Source of the DNA: a virus
DNA: 64,000 nt
Direction: 5' to 3' (one strand)
IMG/VR virus record: IMGVR_UViG_3300010939_000064
Coordinates: 1 to 64,000 of that record
A model generated the notes under the pieces. It saw only the letters and a list, made by a program, of their open reading frames with translations. It made no database searches and was not told the DNA's origin. A program made the position numbers and the translations under genes. Numbering within the stretch: position 1 is the stretch's first letter; the number at the start of each line of letters is the position of its first letter. Below are positions 61,989 to 64,000 of the stretch, piece by piece.

Positions 61989-62828
61989 ATGAAAGAATTA
62001 GAATTTAATAAAGTAAGAAAGTCGTTGTTGATGAGTTGGAAGGTATGTCCAAGGCAAAGTTGGTATAGTGTTAGAGATCCAGAATATGGGGAATATAATA
62101 AATTTAATTTTAAAGATCCTGCTTTATTATTAGGACAAATTTTTCATAAAGAAATGGATAAGTTTTATTCTGAAATTGATATTAATGATATGGTAAAAAT
62201 GATGAATAATAATGAAGATTCATGGAAAGTATTAGAAGAGTATTTGTTTAGTCAATTTAGTCAAACAACTCATGAAAAATGTCTTAAATATTTTCATTGG
62301 TATGCTGGTATTGAAGCGCAGAGATTTATTGAGTTATATAGTGAATCTAATACTGGTATTGTTCAAAGATTTATTCCATTATATATAGAGAAATTTGTTG
62401 AAATGATAGATGAAAAAAATAATATATATAGGAATGGACATTTTGATAGAATTGATTATATTTCACCAGGGAAACTTAGACTTGCTGAATATAAAACAGG
62501 ACATAGTTATGATGTAGCAAAGTCTTATAAATTAACTAAATTAAGATTGGAATTATATTATTATAAACGTATTATTGAACAACTTCCTGAATTTAAGGAT
62601 TATGAAGTCTATGAATGGATGCTAATTAATCCTACGACTGAAGCAGTATTTACTTCTAAGTTTTCAGTGTTAACTGAACGTGTGTTAGAAGAGTCAATTC
62701 CAAGGTTAGCTGCGGATATAAATAAGAAAGAACCACCTCGTAGAAATTTAAATTTTTATTGTTTTAGATGTAAGTATAAACGTGGATGTTTAATAGATAT
62801 TGCAGAAAATATATTTGATATAATGTAG
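61989..62828 (+). CDS. Cas4/RecB-like PD-(D/E)XK exonuclease with Cys cluster
   Basis: N-terminal CPRQSWY, core GHFDRIDYISPGKLRLAEYKTG (D...E.K) and C-terminal CFRCKYKRGC. Confidence 0.65.
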   Translation: MKELEFNKVRKSLLMSWKVCPRQSWYSVRDPEYGEYNKFNFKDPALLLGQIFHKEMDKFYSEIDINDMVKMMNNNEDSWKVLEEYLFSQFSQTTHEKCLKYFHWYAGIEAQRFIELYSESNTGIVQRFIPLYIEKFVEMIDEKNNIYRNGHFDRIDYISPGKLRLAEYKTGHSYDVAKSYKLTKLRLELYYYKRIIEQLPEFKDYEVYEWMLINPTTEAVFTSKFSVLTERVLEESIPRLAADINKKEPPRRNLNFYCFRCKYKRGCLIDIAENIFDIM

Positions 62829-63745
62829 TGATGAAGTTTGTACATGTTATAGAAAAAAATAATTTTACAGATTTATATAAACAGTTACAATTTGATTTAG
62901 TTCATGAGGGGATTACTATTGAACCAAGAAGAATGTTAACGCGTGAACTTGTTAATGTTAATCTTGTATTGACTGACCCACAAGAGAGATTGCTTTATTC
63001 AAATGTTCGTAAACATAATTATACGTATGCTTCAGCGGAGTTTCTTTGGTATTTATCAGGTACTAATAGGTTAGATTTTATTGAATATTATTTACCTAAA
63101 ATGAGAGAATATTCTGATGATAAGGTAACACTTAATTCTGCGTATGGATATAGAATATTCGGTAATCATGATGATTTTCCGAATCAATGGATTAATGCTA
63201 TACTTAAAATGAAAGATGATCCATCTACTAGACAAGCTGTGATAACAGTTCATTATCAGTATGATATTGATATGCCATCGAAAGATGTGCCGTGTACTAT
63301 GAATCTTCATTTTATGATAAGAGAAAATAGATTAAATTTATTAGTACAAATGCGAAGTAATGATGCATTCATGGGTTTGATTTATGATGTATTTTCGTTT
63401 ACATTATTACAAGAACATTTTTTTAATTGTTTAAAGGTAACTGATCCTGAGATGTTTGCATATTTGAAATTAGGAACTTATATACATAAGTCTGATTCAA
63501 TGCATCTGTATGAAAGGAATTTAGATAACGTTAATCAATTATTAGATGAAAACTCAGCATCAGCTAGGAATATTATTTCTCCCGATATAGGTTTATTTCT
63601 TGATTCTCTTGATTTGCCTTCACTTCAGAGAGATGAGCAAGCATTGAGAAAACATGGTATAAAGATAGAAACACACTTATATAGAGGGATATGTAGATTT
63701 ATGGCTGAAAAGCTTAATAAAATATTGGAGAAGAAAAATGACTAG
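62828..63745 (+). CDS. ThyA-family enzyme with cytosine-type active site: deoxycytidylate 5-hydroxymethyltransferase (T4 gp42-like) or dCMP methylase
   Basis: EFLWYLSGTN, NSAYGYRIF, DDPSTRQAVITV, VPCTMNLHFMIRENRLNLLVQMRSNDAFMGLIYDVFSF and SDSMHLY. The residue aligned with E. coli ThyA Asn177 is Asp. Confidence 0.6.
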   Translation: MMKFVHVIEKNNFTDLYKQLQFDLVHEGITIEPRRMLTRELVNVNLVLTDPQERLLYSNVRKHNYTYASAEFLWYLSGTNRLDFIEYYLPKMREYSDDKVTLNSAYGYRIFGNHDDFPNQWINAILKMKDDPSTRQAVITVHYQYDIDMPSKDVPCTMNLHFMIRENRLNLLVQMRSNDAFMGLIYDVFSFTLLQEHFFNCLKVTDPEMFAYLKLGTYIHKSDSMHLYERNLDNVNQLLDENSASARNIISPDIGLFLDSLDLPSLQRDEQALRKHGIKIETHLYRGICRFMAEKLNKILEKKND

Positions 63746-63908
63746 TTATATTAGTCTTAAAAAAGCGTCGTTTAGAATAGCTATTAATTTTAATAAATAT
63801 CATGCCTTTAGACATTTTAATAAAACAAGATTTTATTTTGAAATATGGCGTAGTGCTAATAGAAATTGGCATATTGAATTGTTTATAATAGGTAAAAGAG
63901 TTTTATAA
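63738..63908 (+). CDS. mini-protein (56 aa)
   Basis: MTSYISLKKASFRIAINFNKYHAFRHFNKTRFYFEIWRSANRNWHIELFIIGKRVL. It overlaps the upstream stop. Confidence 0.35.
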   Translation: MTSYISLKKASFRIAINFNKYHAFRHFNKTRFYFEIWRSANRNWHIELFIIGKRVL

Positions 63909-64000
63909 TGCTTGAATCACATACTTTCTTTAGGAAAATGGTTGATGAACTCGTAGAGTTCTCTGAATATGATCCTGAGCTTGCTGATGGAATAAAGTGG
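63908..64000 (+). CDS. 5' end of a gene truncated by the window end
   Basis: ATG 63908 (TAATG coupling). MLESHTFFRKMVDELVEFSEYDPELADGIKW.. is open to the window edge. Confidence 0.35.
   Translation, partial: MLESHTFFRKMVDELVEFSEYDPELADGIKW

Overview
This is an AT-rich, very gene-dense 64-kb stretch of a head-tailed dsDNA virus genome with a non-contractile, siphovirus-like tail. The host is most likely archaeal: TTTATATA boxes lie 29-30 nt upstream of start codons with no ribosome-binding site, oligo-T tracts follow stop codons, and the gene content includes C2H2/Zn-ribbon mini-proteins, an MCM-clade ATPase, a family-B polymerase and a Cas4-like nuclease.

The window has three blocks:
- 1-18.9 kb (+): dozens of tiny genes plus nucleotide and DNA enzymes. 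These include an MCM/Mg-chelatase-clade AAA+ ATPase, a dimeric-dUTPase-like NTPase, a UDG-like protein, ThyX interrupted by an HNH intein, a SLOG protein and a 2OG-oxygenase-like protein.
- 19.0-42.7 kb (-): a complete morphogenesis module. In transcription order it encodes TerS, TerL, portal, a protease-like protein, scaffold, decoration protein, major capsid protein, connectors, tail tube, a chaperone with a -1 frameshift, a 1073-aa tape measure, baseplate and fibre proteins (LamG and Gly-rich) and two small membrane proteins.
- 42.7-64 kb (+): a non-coding control region with iterons, GC-rich motifs and a ~180-bp palindrome. It is followed by short leaderless transcription units, including four paralogous wHTH genes, and then a replication module with an AAA_24-like ATPase, PolB, RNase H, a P-loop kinase-like protein, a Cas4-like nuclease and a T4-gp42-like dCMP hydroxymethylase homologue.

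Most notable observations:
- Three free-standing HNH endonuclease genes are each bracketed by two diverged copies of the end of the neighbouring gene; one pair differs mostly by synonymous changes.
- A ThyA-family enzyme carries the Asn-to-Asp cytosine-specificity switch and sits in the same genome as ThyX, which suggests modified cytosine in the virion DNA.
- Genes appear to start at ATA or ATT, two of them with an identical GGAGGTGA-N6-ATA geometry.
- A higher-GC island encodes secreted or membrane proteins.
- A ~108-aa module is shared by two tail proteins.

Many further ORFs shorter than 60 aa fill the gaps between listed genes and are only partly listed. No tRNA, rRNA, CRISPR array, integrase or reverse transcriptase was recognised.
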